A DNA stretch of 64,000 nt from an uncultured Clostridia bacterium (GTDB lineage: Bacteria; Bacillota; Clostridia; TANB77; CAG-508), in NCBI GenBank assembly GCA_947629555.1, contig CANRED010000004.1, positions 2,925 through 66,924 on the forward strand. The letters are read 5' to 3'. The position numbers and the translations under genes are program-made. The notes under the pieces are model-generated. The model was given only the letters and a program-made list of their open reading frames with translations. It was not told the origin of the DNA and did not search any database. Positions 9,742 to 19,069 of this stretch are shown piece after piece. Each line of letters opens with the position of its first letter. Positions within the stretch are counted from its first letter, which is position 1.

Positions 9742-10431
9742 CTATTTTTCGACGGACCAAAGCACCATAGTGTTAGCCATAAACGTTCCTATCCTCATTT
9801 CCTTAATACGAGTTGAACTAGGGGTATAGAATCGTATTTTGCCATTCAAAAATCCTGTTATGACAACTATAGAATTGCCTCTACTTTTAGGAAACAATTC
9901 ATGCTTAAGCAGCGCTATAATTACTCCGCCCTCGGCAGTTTTATGGTAAGCATTTTGAAAGTCTGAAAGCCTTCTAACCTGCAAACCATGTGCCTCAAGT
10001 ACAACATCAATAAAATGATGCCAAGTACCATTAGTGGTATGCCAATTACCGAACACTGCAACATCTCTGAGCGCCTCTAATGTTACATTTTCCCCAAAAT
10101 ATCGAAGCACTGAACAAGCTACAATAGGGAAAGAACCTGAAGTAGCCATAGTCCTATTCTTATCCTCAGGGCAAGGATAAGTAATTGACTCACACTTTGC
10201 GCTATTTTGATAAATAAGCGGTAAGCTCGTCTCGTTAATTGCCACAGGAGCTCTACAAGATAAGCTTGTCATTGTGTTCGTCTTAATAGACTCCTTGAGT
10301 TGAGAATAGATTTCGTCTGTTTTTTTCCGATAATCGGAATACTCATCAGGCGTCATTTCTCTCTCAATCTTGGGTGTGCCATCAGCATTCATACCGTAAG
10401 GAAAGTGCCACGAAACTAAGTTGTACATTTT
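9742..10431 (-). CDS. Hypothetical protein in a high-GC island, with a possible papain-fold Cys/His (C39-like) domain
   Basis: GC is ~40-42% against a ~27% background. A perfect RBS AAGGAGGA precedes the ATG for MYNLVSWHF. It contains QNSAKCES...WHHFIDVV-type Cys and His candidates. The family assignment is uncertain. Confidence 0.5.
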   Translation of the reverse strand, partial: KMYNLVSWHFPYGMNADGTPKIEREMTPDEYSDYRKKTDEIYSQLKESIKTNTMTSLSCRAPVAINETSLPLIYQNSAKCESITYPCPEDKNRTMATSGSFPIVACSVLRYFGENVTLEALRDVAVFGNWHTTNGTWHHFIDVVLEAHGLQVRRLSDFQNAYHKTAEGGVIIALLKHELFPKSRGNSIVVITGFLNGKIRFYTPSSTRIKEMRIGTFMANTMVLWSVEK

Positions 10432-10547
10432 TTTATCCTCCTTAAGAGATGATGGTTTTGTTTTGCAGTTACAACGCAAAACATAGTATACATAGCTATA
10501 AGCTACATTAGTTATTATAGCACTATATGTCAAACATTTCAATATAT

Positions 10548-10952
10548 TTACATAATTGATTCAATTTTTGAATATATTTCACTATAATTTTTCTTTAAAT
10601 TTAATGGTTTTAAATTTTTTCCAACCCATGCATGCACAGTTGTTCCTGTATTTATTATTTCGTTATTTCTATATACTTCATAGTAAAACTCTATTCTTGC
10701 TGGAGTTAATTTGCTTACAGATGTTCTTACGATTAATTCATCTTCATAATCTGCTGGTCTCTTATAATTAGATGTTAAAGAAACCAACGGCAACATAATT
10801 CCCATTTCTTCCATTTTAGAATATGTTAAATCAATTAATTTTATAAAATCGGTTCTAGCCAATTCATACCATATTGGATATACTGAATGATGAACTATAC
10901 CCATCTTATCCGTTTCTGCATATCTTACTATTACTTTGCTTTCTGAATACAT
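10548..10952 (-). CDS. Acyl-CoA thioesterase (4HBT/YbgC hotdog family)
   Basis: The 134-aa sequence VRYAETDKMGIVHHSVY is typical of the 4HBT N-terminal region. Confidence 0.75.
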   Translation of the reverse strand: MYSESKVIVRYAETDKMGIVHHSVYPIWYELARTDFIKLIDLTYSKMEEMGIMLPLVSLTSNYKRPADYEDELIVRTSVSKLTPARIEFYYEVYRNNEIINTGTTVHAWVGKNLKPLNLKKNYSEIYSKIESIM

Positions 10953-11014
10953 TTTGCTCCTCCTTATTTTTATTTGAATTGTATTGTATCATAATTTGTT
11001 ATTTTCTTCAATTA

Positions 11015-11506
11015 TTAAATTCTTACCCCTTCTATATGCAAATATCTTATTTTTTGAAAATCGTATGATAATATACTTCTTCCAAATGAATCAAAAGTAT
11101 GTGTTGCAACAAAAGTATTTGATAAATTTTCAGGATAATTTTTAGCTACAATTACTAAAGTATGAGAAAATTGATTGCCATCAAAACTTAACTGTGCAAT
11201 ATCGCCTTCTTCTAATTTTTTTAAGTTACTATCTTTTGCATAAGGTCCAACACCACTATTATTTATTAAAAATTTATATAAATATTCCACACCACTCCAT
11301 GATGGTGATTTGTCATTTCCATTATTATAGTACCATCCATACTTGTTATAATTCATAACTTCACTACCTGCAAAAATACATTGTGATGCAAAACTTGTGC
11401 AATCTCCTCCTACAGGATCAAAATTATAATATTTTGGATTTCTCAAGTATGCCCATTTTTTTGCATATTCAACCACTTTTTGCCTATTGTATAGTCTTTC
11501 TTTCAT
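11015..11506 (-). CDS. Putative amidase-domain (Amidase_6-like) protein
   Basis: The GGDCTSFASQCIFAG motif resembles the putative-amidase-domain family. An ATG with a GAGGTG RBS lies at 11504-11506. Confidence 0.55.
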   Translation of the reverse strand: MKERLYNRQKVVEYAKKWAYLRNPKYYNFDPVGGDCTSFASQCIFAGSEVMNYNKYGWYYNNGNDKSPSWSGVEYLYKFLINNSGVGPYAKDSNLKKLEEGDIAQLSFDGNQFSHTLVIVAKNYPENLSNTFVATHTFDSFGRSILSYDFQKIRYLHIEGVRI

Positions 11507-11552
11507 AAAAAACACCTCAATTTATTATATTAAAATAAATGAGGTGTGTACA

Positions 11553-12260
11553 TTATTTTAAGCTATCTAATGCATCTTTTGTTATTTTATTCTTATCAAA
11601 TTTATTTGTTAAAAATATTATTAATCCTGTTAAAATAAATGTAATTACATAAATAGCCACTACTAAGTGCCAATTAGCTTGTACAATATTATTTCCTGCC
11701 ATTGTTGATGATATAACTGACGGAAATCTTGCAAAAGTTGATATAAGTATAAATTTTTTAAAACTTATTGGTAATAGTGCACCAATATAAGTTAATAAGT
11801 CCTTTGGAGTACCAGGTATTAAAAATAATATTGCTAAAATGTATTCAACAGTTTTTGGATTTTTAAACGCCTTACTATTTTCTATTTTATCAATTTTTTC
11901 TTTTTTAAAAAATTCATATATATACTTTTTTCCATATTTTTTAACTAATACATAAATAATTGTAGTTGTTACAAAAACAGAAGCAAATATAAAAATAGTT
12001 CCCCCTATAGTTCCATAGCACATTCCAGATAATATCTCTAGTGGTTCTCCTGGTAATATTACTAATGCAATTTGTGCTAATTGTAGTAAAAATAATACAA
12101 TTATTCCTTTAATTCCTAATTCTTCTATTTTTTGTTTAAATTCTAGCTGCCCTTCTTGAGTTGAAATTTGTTTCATTAATGGCGTTAAATATATAATTAT
12201 TGACACAAAAAGTATTATAACTAATAATAGTATAAATAATTTTAATATTTTCTTTTTCAT
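11553..12260 (-). CDS. TVP38/TMEM64 (DedA superfamily, VTT domain) membrane protein
   Basis: A multi-TM protein carrying the VTT-type motifs LPGEPLEILSG...PGTPKDLLTYIGALL. Confidence 0.7.
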   Translation of the reverse strand: MKKKILKLFILLLVIILFVSIIIYLTPLMKQISTQEGQLEFKQKIEELGIKGIIVLFLLQLAQIALVILPGEPLEILSGMCYGTIGGTIFIFASVFVTTTIIYVLVKKYGKKYIYEFFKKEKIDKIENSKAFKNPKTVEYILAILFLIPGTPKDLLTYIGALLPISFKKFILISTFARFPSVISSTMAGNNIVQANWHLVVAIYVITFILTGLIIFLTNKFDKNKITKDALDSLK

Positions 12261-12306
12261 TTATATCTCCTATTGTTCTTTATGAATGTTACATCTTTAT
12301 ATTATT

Positions 12307-13203
12307 TTAATCATTTTTTTCGTGTTTCGCAATAACATTTTGAATTACTTGTAATCCTAAAATAACTAATGCACCTATTATAAAGAATATTATACTAAAT
12401 GTATCAAAAGTCATTGGAGCTTGTGGAACACTTAAAGTCGTTGGACCCATTACTATTGCATATAATGAACCTATCATTAATCCTAATATCGTATATATTG
12501 TTTGGCTCCTATATTTTTCTAGTGCTTTTTTAATTAATTTTATAATTAATAATATTCCTGTAATTACCCCTAAGCCAAATACAAATAAAACTGGCACATA
12601 ATTTAAATTAAAGTGAAGTAATTCTTTTATTGCTGATATTATAGGGATATAAATACCAAATATTAATAATAGTGTAGATCCAGAAATTCCCGGCAATATC
12701 ATTGCTGATATTGCTATCATTGCTGCAATAAATATGTATACTATTAAACCTATATTTAGGTTCATTATATCAACTGTTTTTTCTGAACCAGCCACTGGAT
12801 TAAAATATGTAATTAAAGCAACAACTGCTATTCCTATTAGAGTAAATATTATATTTTTATATTTTCCCCTTAATTGCTCCTTTTCCTCTTTTACTATTAA
12901 AGGTATAGCTAAAATTATAAAGCCTATAAATAACGAACTTACGCTATATATGTGTTTTTCGAACACACTAGCTAATATTAATGAGGCTATTGCCATTCCA
13001 ATAATCCAACCGCAAGCCCATTTTATTAAAAATTTAATAGCATCTTTCTTTTCATCTTTTTTACCATATATTACATTATTAAGTGAATTTACAAATTTAT
13101 CATAAAACCCCATTATGAATGCTATTGTTCCGCCAGACACACCTGGTACGCTATCAGCTAAAGCCATACAAAATCCTCTAAACGCATTAATTATAAAATT
13201 CAT
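12307..13203 (-). CDS. DUF368 family membrane protein
   Basis: ADSVPGVSGGTIAFIMG and LPGISGSTLLLIFG are the DUF368 twin motifs. Confidence 0.7.
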   Translation of the reverse strand: MNFIINAFRGFCMALADSVPGVSGGTIAFIMGFYDKFVNSLNNVIYGKKDEKKDAIKFLIKWACGWIIGMAIASLILASVFEKHIYSVSSLFIGFIILAIPLIVKEEKEQLRGKYKNIIFTLIGIAVVALITYFNPVAGSEKTVDIMNLNIGLIVYIFIAAMIAISAMILPGISGSTLLLIFGIYIPIISAIKELLHFNLNYVPVLFVFGLGVITGILLIIKLIKKALEKYRSQTIYTILGLMIGSLYAIVMGPTTLSVPQAPMTFDTFSIIFFIIGALVILGLQVIQNVIAKHEKND

Positions 13204-13478
13204 GTTTTCCTCCTGAATATTGTAATTTTTATACTCATATAAAATACCATATATGTATTTTTTTGTAAATATTAAACGAAAAAAAATAATATTTGTATAT
13301 GATAATTATTATCTTTCAGTATTTTTTTACTTGATAAAATTTCAAAAGTCTTTACTTTTTATTATACGTGTCAAAAATAGTTGTATTCTGCTTAAATAAT
13401 TTATTATACTATCTTTCTTGTATAATTCAATGGTATTTAAAATAAAAAAATTATACTAACGTAAAAATATTTTTATTA

Positions 13479-13507
13479 TTGACATAATTTAATTACCATA
13501 ATATAAT
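13479..13507 (+). promoter_or_regulatory. Sigma-A-type promoter (TTGACA-17 nt-TATAAT) for the plus-strand Clp/M41 chimera gene
   Basis: ttgaca, then the 17-nt spacer taatttaattaccataa, then tataat. A GAAGGAGG RBS sits before the ATG at 13559. Confidence 0.45.
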
Positions 13508-13558
13508 ATATTATATTATTCCAAAAGAATTTTTACTTTATGAAGGAGGTTATAGCTT

Positions 13559-15496
13559 ATGTTAAACAACAAGCTTTATCTGTCTGAATCATCTACGATG
13601 ATGTTGAACGAGATGTTGATGGAAGTACGGGAGTATAATTTCCATACAGTAAATTTCCCTATTTTCCTATACTGTCTTCTCAGTGCCGAAATTGAAAATG
13701 GAGATAATCCATTAGACTCTTATCTGCTTCTTCAAAAAATTGATGAAGAAACCACTGAGGATGTACTTAGTGAGATGATTTTAGACATGCTTACCGAATC
13801 TTCCATACATAGTGGTATTAACCAGGAAGAGGATTTCACCATAGCGACTGAATTAGTATTTAAGGATTCGGAAAATGCTAATTTCTCAATTCTGGTTGAT
13901 GATGTTGTTGCTAAAGTATATGCTGAATTGCTTAAGCTCGTTAATCAATTTAATATTAGTGAGATAGACATAATTCACTTTACTATAGCAATGTTTATGG
14001 CTGAAATCAAACAGTTTAAGGATTTCTTTGAGAAAATTAAATTTTCTTATAACAAAGCAAAAAAATATTTTTCTCCAGAGAAATTCTTACAAGTAGATAG
14101 TTTCATTCCACGTGAGTTATCTTCTTTTTTAGATATTCTAAATAATAAAGTTGACCCATCCATGCCATGTGAAATCTTGATGCGTGATGACGAAACTGAA
14201 TCTCTTTGGAATATTATGCTAAAAAAGAATAAACGGAATGCTATCATTGTTGGTGAAGCTGGTGTAGGCAAAACCGCACTTGTCGAAAAAATCACCTATG
14301 ACATCAATACTAAAAAGTGTCCTAAGGAATTCATTAATTTTAAGGTTATCTCTCTTGATATTAATGCACTTATTGCAGGTACATCTTTTAGAGGTGACGC
14401 TGAGGAGCGCATTATGCAACTTATTGATTTTCTTAAAGAAAATCATGATGTAATTCTTTTTATTGATGAAGTTCACACGATACTTGGTGCAGGCTCATGC
14501 CATGAAGGTGAGATGGACCTAGCCAATGCATTAAAACCTATTTTGGCACGTGGTGATACAATCGTTATTGGTTCTACAACCGTCAACGAGTATCAAAAGT
14601 ATTTCCAAAAGGATGCTGCTCTTTCTAGACGATTTGAAAGAATTAACGTATCTGAGCCCATGTCAAAAGAAGTGTACTACATGATTAAAAATAAGTTAAA
14701 GGCCCTTTCTCAATTTCACGGCGTAAAGATTCAAAAAAGAATTGTTGAATATGCCATCATGATTGCTAGCTGCTTTGCTTTTGATAAGAAAAATCCTGAT
14801 AAAACTCTGGATTTAATTGATAGAGCTATGGTATCAGCCAAAAGAGCTGGCAAAGAATATGTTGACAAAGAAGCAATTCTTAAGAATTTTGACATCTACT
14901 TTAAGAAATGGAACAATATGGACATTGACTCCAGAAAAGAAGTAGCCTATCACGAAGCTGGTCACTATATTGTTGGTAAAGCTTCTGGAAGACTTATTTC
15001 TCATAATTGGCTTGCAGTATCCATAATGCCTGCTGAAGAATACTTGGGTGTTACCGTTTATGAAATTGATGACACCAAAATGCCTTTTCTTAACATCGAT
15101 TATTATATCGATAATATTGCATGTGATTTGGCAGGAAGAGTTGCTGAAAACATATTTAGGAACAGTTACACGTCCGGTGCAAGTATAGACCTATCTAAGG
15201 CAACTGAAACAGCATTTAACGTTGTAACTAAACTTGGTATGGGAAGTGATGCAATTAAAAATCGTATCTACCTCAATACTCAAGAGTTTCCGATGTTCTC
15301 AGAAAAAAGCACAGATACAATCAATGATGAGGTTAATAAACTCATAGATAAAGCTTTTCAGCGTGCTAGCGAATTGCTTAGGGAAAATAATGATATTCTT
15401 GAAGCAATTGTTAAGGCATTACTTGAAAAGCATATTATGAGTGAAGCTGAACTTGATAAAATCTGGAAAAAGGTTGTGAATAAACGTAATTCATAA
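13559..15496 (+). CDS. Soluble chimeric protease made of a double Clp_N-like domain, a ClpA/B/C-type D1 AAA+ domain and an FtsH-type M41 zinc metallopeptidase domain (no TM segment, no D2)
   Basis: The Walker A GEAGVGKTALVEKI, Walker B ILFIDEVHTILGAG and the region GSTTVNEYQKYFQKDAALSRRFERI parallel the ClpE D1 domain encoded at 39886. The C-terminal VAYHEAGHYIVG (HEXXH) and TSGASIDLSKATE match FtsH TAYHEAGHAIVG ... TTGASNDLERAT. The gene is on the plus strand in a minus-strand region, has higher GC and a different codon bias. Confidence 0.7.
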   Translation: MLNNKLYLSESSTMMLNEMLMEVREYNFHTVNFPIFLYCLLSAEIENGDNPLDSYLLLQKIDEETTEDVLSEMILDMLTESSIHSGINQEEDFTIATELVFKDSENANFSILVDDVVAKVYAELLKLVNQFNISEIDIIHFTIAMFMAEIKQFKDFFEKIKFSYNKAKKYFSPEKFLQVDSFIPRELSSFLDILNNKVDPSMPCEILMRDDETESLWNIMLKKNKRNAIIVGEAGVGKTALVEKITYDINTKKCPKEFINFKVISLDINALIAGTSFRGDAEERIMQLIDFLKENHDVILFIDEVHTILGAGSCHEGEMDLANALKPILARGDTIVIGSTTVNEYQKYFQKDAALSRRFERINVSEPMSKEVYYMIKNKLKALSQFHGVKIQKRIVEYAIMIASCFAFDKKNPDKTLDLIDRAMVSAKRAGKEYVDKEAILKNFDIYFKKWNNMDIDSRKEVAYHEAGHYIVGKASGRLISHNWLAVSIMPAEEYLGVTVYEIDDTKMPFLNIDYYIDNIACDLAGRVAENIFRNSYTSGASIDLSKATETAFNVVTKLGMGSDAIKNRIYLNTQEFPMFSEKSTDTINDEVNKLIDKAFQRASELLRENNDILEAIVKALLEKHIMSEAELDKIWKKVVNKRNS

Positions 15497-15527
15497 GTTA
15501 TACTAGCACAATAATTTGTGCACTTTC

Positions 15528-15606
15528 AATAAGGAGAGTCCATATGGACTCTCCTTTTCTATCATAATAAGACAATTTGGGCAGAGAAAATTGACCCAAT
15601 TTTTTA
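15528..15606. terminator. Bidirectional terminator hairpins between the convergent Clp/M41 gene and dxr
   Basis: The hairpin aaggagagtccatatggactctcctt is followed by a T-run. The hairpin ttgggcagagaaaattgacccaa is followed by tttttt. Confidence 0.5.
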
Positions 15607-16752
15607 TATCTTTGCAACACATTCTTCATACGTTTTTTTCTTTACTTCTTCGTCAAATGCTAAGATATCATCTACTGAATTTAATTTTCTTTTTTCATAC
15701 ATATTCATTATTTTTTCTATTCCATTTGGTATGTCTGTGTATTTTATCTTTTTATTCAAAAATGCATCAACTAAAACTTCGTTTGCAGCATTTAAAACTA
15801 CTTGATAACTATGTCCTTTTCTAATTGCTTCATAAGCTAATCTTAAGCATTTAAATTTATTTAAATCTGGCTTTTCAAAAGTTAAATCATGTATATCAAA
15901 TAAATTTATTTTTTGTATTTGATTCTTCTCTAATCTAGTAGGATAATTTAGTGCATATGCTATTGGTATTTGCATAGCAGTTGGTCCTAAGCTTGCCATT
16001 ATTGTTCCATCTTTATATTGTACCATTGAATGTACTATACTTTTTCTATGTACAACTACTTCAATCTGACTTGGATCTACATCAAATAACCATTTTGCTT
16101 CTATTATTTCAAATCCTTTATTCATCATTGTTGATGAGTCTATTGTAACTTTTGCTCCCATGCTCCATGTTGGATGATTTAAAGCTTGCTCCACTGTTAT
16201 GCTATCATTTATTTCTTTATCAAAAAATGGTCCGCCTGATGCTGTTAATAATATTTTATCAATTTTATTAGTTTCTTCTCCCCTTAAGCATTGCATAATT
16301 GCACTATGTTCACTATCTACAGTAAGTAAAGTTGCATTATTTTCTTTTGCTGTTCTCATAATTAATTCTCCACCCGCAACTAATACTTCTTTATTTGCTA
16401 ATGCTACAGTTTTTCCGTTTTTTATCATATTATAAGTAGGCTTTAGTCCAGCAATCCCAACTAACGCTGAAACAGAAATATCAAAATCAACTAATTGAGA
16501 TATTTCTTCCATACCGGTATCTCCATAATATACATTTATGTCTTTAAATATAGCACTTATTCTATCTGCATTTTCTTTTGAAATTATATAAACATTCTGT
16601 GGCTTAAATTCTTCGATTTGCTTTATTAATTTTTCTACATTCTTTCCAGCAACTAAAGTTACTGCTTTAAACAAATTAGGATTTTCTCTTATTACATTTA
16701 ATGTACTATCTCCAATTGAACCTGTAGAGCCAAATATTGCCACTCTTTTCAT
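15604..16752 (-). CDS. dxr: 1-deoxy-D-xylulose-5-phosphate reductoisomerase
   Basis: MKRVAIFGSTGSIGDSTLNVIRENP...LVAGKN is the canonical Dxr N-terminus, and the length is 382 aa. Confidence 0.9.
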   Translation of the reverse strand: MKRVAIFGSTGSIGDSTLNVIRENPNLFKAVTLVAGKNVEKLIKQIEEFKPQNVYIISKENADRISAIFKDINVYYGDTGMEEISQLVDFDISVSALVGIAGLKPTYNMIKNGKTVALANKEVLVAGGELIMRTAKENNATLLTVDSEHSAIMQCLRGEETNKIDKILLTASGGPFFDKEINDSITVEQALNHPTWSMGAKVTIDSSTMMNKGFEIIEAKWLFDVDPSQIEVVVHRKSIVHSMVQYKDGTIMASLGPTAMQIPIAYALNYPTRLEKNQIQKINLFDIHDLTFEKPDLNKFKCLRLAYEAIRKGHSYQVVLNAANEVLVDAFLNKKIKYTDIPNGIEKIMNMYEKRKLNSVDDILAFDEEVKKKTYEECVAKI

Positions 16753-16791
16753 ATTAATATACCTTTCTTTACTCTTTATTCATATATTCTC

Positions 16792-17196
16792 CTATTTAAC
16801 AAAATAGTTATATATATTCATTAAATTGTTTTCATCTTTAAACTTGTTTTCCATAGGACACATTCCTGTTTTATCATTGTTTTGAATGAAATCTACCATA
16901 TTTTTATATTCATAATTTATATTGTTTTCTTCTAAAACGGGTATAGCAAACTTACTTATAGTGTCTGCATATATTGAAGCTACATTAGCTACAGTTAAGA
17001 TACTTCCTGCAACCTTTCCTATTACTTTATCTGCTATTGTTGCACCATTTAAACTATCTTTATTGTTTTTTAGTATAGCTACAATATCTTCCACTCTTCT
17101 ATTGTAATACTCCTTGCATTCGCCATTTTTATATAGTACTACCAAGCTTGCACCTGTACTATATAGTTTTTCTTTTACAATTTCTATATTAGTCAT
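16792..17196 (-). CDS. DUF1893 (TM1506-like) domain protein
   Basis: A 134-aa soluble protein whose pattern GASLVVL...ADKVIGKVAGSIL fits the TM1506 family. The assignment is tentative. Confidence 0.45.
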   Translation of the reverse strand: MTNIEIVKEKLYSTGASLVVLYKNGECKEYYNRRVEDIVAILKNNKDSLNGATIADKVIGKVAGSILTVANVASIYADTISKFAIPVLEENNINYEYKNMVDFIQNNDKTGMCPMENKFKDENNLMNIYNYFVK

Positions 17197-17755
17197 TTTT
17201 TAATTTTAACCTTTCGTTCATAATTTTTGCTATTACAGGAACAAATGCTAATTGAATTATTATTCCTGGTATTCCAACTTTTATTGATTCTATTACTGAA
17301 ATTCCATAAGTTTGTAATCCAATTAAATTAATAGATACAAATAGTACTCCTGCATATAGAAGTCTTCCTAAAATAATTGTTGCAATTAAAGAAATGTAAC
17401 TATTGAATTTTTTATTAAATACACCTAATAAAACTGCATAAATAATAAGTTCTATTAACATATATGGTAGTCTTGCAAGTGTTGGCATTCCTGTTAATAA
17501 ATAACTGCAAACTATTGAAGAACCTGCAACTACTGCAGCACTTGTAATGCCAAATGTTAATGCAGCTATTAATACTGCTATATGCATAGGTAAAAATGTT
17601 GCTCCTGCTGTACTTCCAGCTATTACATGAAATACTCTAGGTAAAGCTACACCTATCACACTTAATAAAGTTGTTCCAACTATATATTTAGCTTTTTTGC
17701 TTGATAATACATCTACTATCTTTTTATTTTTCTTTAAACCTTCTACTTTTTCCAT
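17189..17755 (-). CDS. Small multi-TM membrane protein, ECF-transporter S-component-like
   Basis: About 188 aa with 5-6 predicted TM helices and an LPMHIAVLIAA core. It overlaps its neighbours, indicating an operon. Confidence 0.45.
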   Translation of the reverse strand: MEKVEGLKKNKKIVDVLSSKKAKYIVGTTLLSVIGVALPRVFHVIAGSTAGATFLPMHIAVLIAALTFGITSAAVVAGSSIVCSYLLTGMPTLARLPYMLIELIIYAVLLGVFNKKFNSYISLIATIILGRLLYAGVLFVSINLIGLQTYGISVIESIKVGIPGIIIQLAFVPVIAKIMNERLKLKND

Positions 17756-17768
17756 TTTAAAAATCCTC

Positions 17769-18671
17769 CTAATCTATATTTATTAATTCATAATCTGTTG
17801 TTCCAATGCCTAATTCTTCTGCGTGTTCAACTGTTCTTATACCGTGTTGTCCTTCAATTCTTTTTATTAATCTTTCTTTTCCTGCATCTTCTGAATTGTA
17901 TATCATATCTAAACATGCTTTATCACAAGCTACTGGGTCAACTGATGCTGCTATTCCTATGTCTGCCATACATGGTGGCTCAGGATTTCCATTGCAATCA
18001 CAATCTATAGAAATATTATTTATAACATTTATATAAACTATGTTTCCTTTCATATAATCTATAACAGATTCATCTGCTTCTGCCATTGACTCTAAGAAAT
18101 GGTCTTGTTTTGGTAAGTTATCCCATAATTCATCTGGTACTCTAGTTTTTCCTGCTGTATGAATCCATGCCTTTCCTGCTGATGAACTTACACCTATTGA
18201 CATATTTTTAAGTGCACCTCCAAAGCCTCCCATTTGGTGTCCTTTAAAATGTGATAACATAAGCATTGAATCGTAATTTGCTAAATGTGCACCTACATAA
18301 TTTTCTTTTAAATGTAAGCCATTTCTTACTGGTATTGCCATATCTCCTTCTTCATCCATTATATCTACCTTTGCTATATCCATAAAGCCATGTTCTTTTA
18401 TTGCTTTCCAATGTTCTTCTGTTGTGTTTCTTCTTCCTGCATAAGCTGTGTTGCACTCTACAATTGTTCCATTTAGTTTATTTACTAAATCTTTAATTAA
18501 ATTTGGGTTTAAAAAATTATGCCCTCCTGGTTCTCCTGTTGAAATCTTTACTGCAACTTTACCCGTTAATTCCTTTCCAACTGCTTCGTAAATTTTAATT
18601 AAACTTTCTGGTGTTATACTTGTTGTAAAATAAACTTTTGATTTTTCCATAAAAATCCATCCTTTCTTCAT
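17769..18671 (-). CDS. DUF362 domain protein with a C-terminal Cys cluster
   Basis: The Cys cluster DCDCNGNPEPPCMADIG...ACDKAC is present. The start overlaps, as ATGA, the stop of a possible 41-aa uORF (18668..18793). Confidence 0.5.
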   Translation of the reverse strand: MKKGWIFMEKSKVYFTTSITPESLIKIYEAVGKELTGKVAVKISTGEPGGHNFLNPNLIKDLVNKLNGTIVECNTAYAGRRNTTEEHWKAIKEHGFMDIAKVDIMDEEGDMAIPVRNGLHLKENYVGAHLANYDSMLMLSHFKGHQMGGFGGALKNMSIGVSSSAGKAWIHTAGKTRVPDELWDNLPKQDHFLESMAEADESVIDYMKGNIVYINVINNISIDCDCNGNPEPPCMADIGIAASVDPVACDKACLDMIYNSEDAGKERLIKRIEGQHGIRTVEHAEELGIGTTDYELINID

Positions 18672-18885
18672 ATATTTTTTATCCTTTCTGTTCTTAACAT
18701 TTCAGCAATTTTCGTTATAGCCATATTAATATGAGTTTCTTCAATAACCGTTTCTTCTACATCATATATATTAGTACTCATTAAATTCTTCATATTAATC
18801 TCATTACTTAATTGTTATTTCAGTTGCATTTTATCATAAGATTTAAAAAAAAGAAAGTGCTTTTTTTAACACTTTCAAATTAAGT

Positions 18886-19062
18886 TTTATGCACCTCTTT
18901 TACGTCCCCAAGGTGCATAAGGAGAAGCTACTTTTCTTATTGCATAGGAGAAATCGTTAGATTTTTCCGGAGCAACAAGGTTAAGTTTCCTTGATTCGTG
19001 CATGTTTGCGAAGCAAAATGCACATATGGCGAAGCCACTTTTCTTATTGCATAGGAGAAATC
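18886..19062 (-). repeat. Two direct copies of a 24-26-nt motif (minus-strand GATTTCTCCTATGCAATAAGAAAAGT), each paired with a distinct GC-richer hairpin. A third copy is at 1849..1894.
   Basis: On the plus strand, acttttcttattgcataggagaaatc occurs at 18928-18955 and 19037-19062, with the related cttacttattgcataggaaaaatc at 1871-1894. The hairpins are ttatgcacc...ggtgcataa, gtgcat...atgcac, and aggtctaacc...ggttagacct. Confidence 0.5.
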
Positions 19063-19069
19063 ACTTTTC

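Noticed and set aside
18886-19062. The possibility that this is a CRISPR array.
   Set aside because: There are only two local copies of a 24-26-nt repeat, the spacers are unequal (about 80 and 47 nt) and hairpin-forming, and no cas genes are present. It does not fit a CRISPR array.
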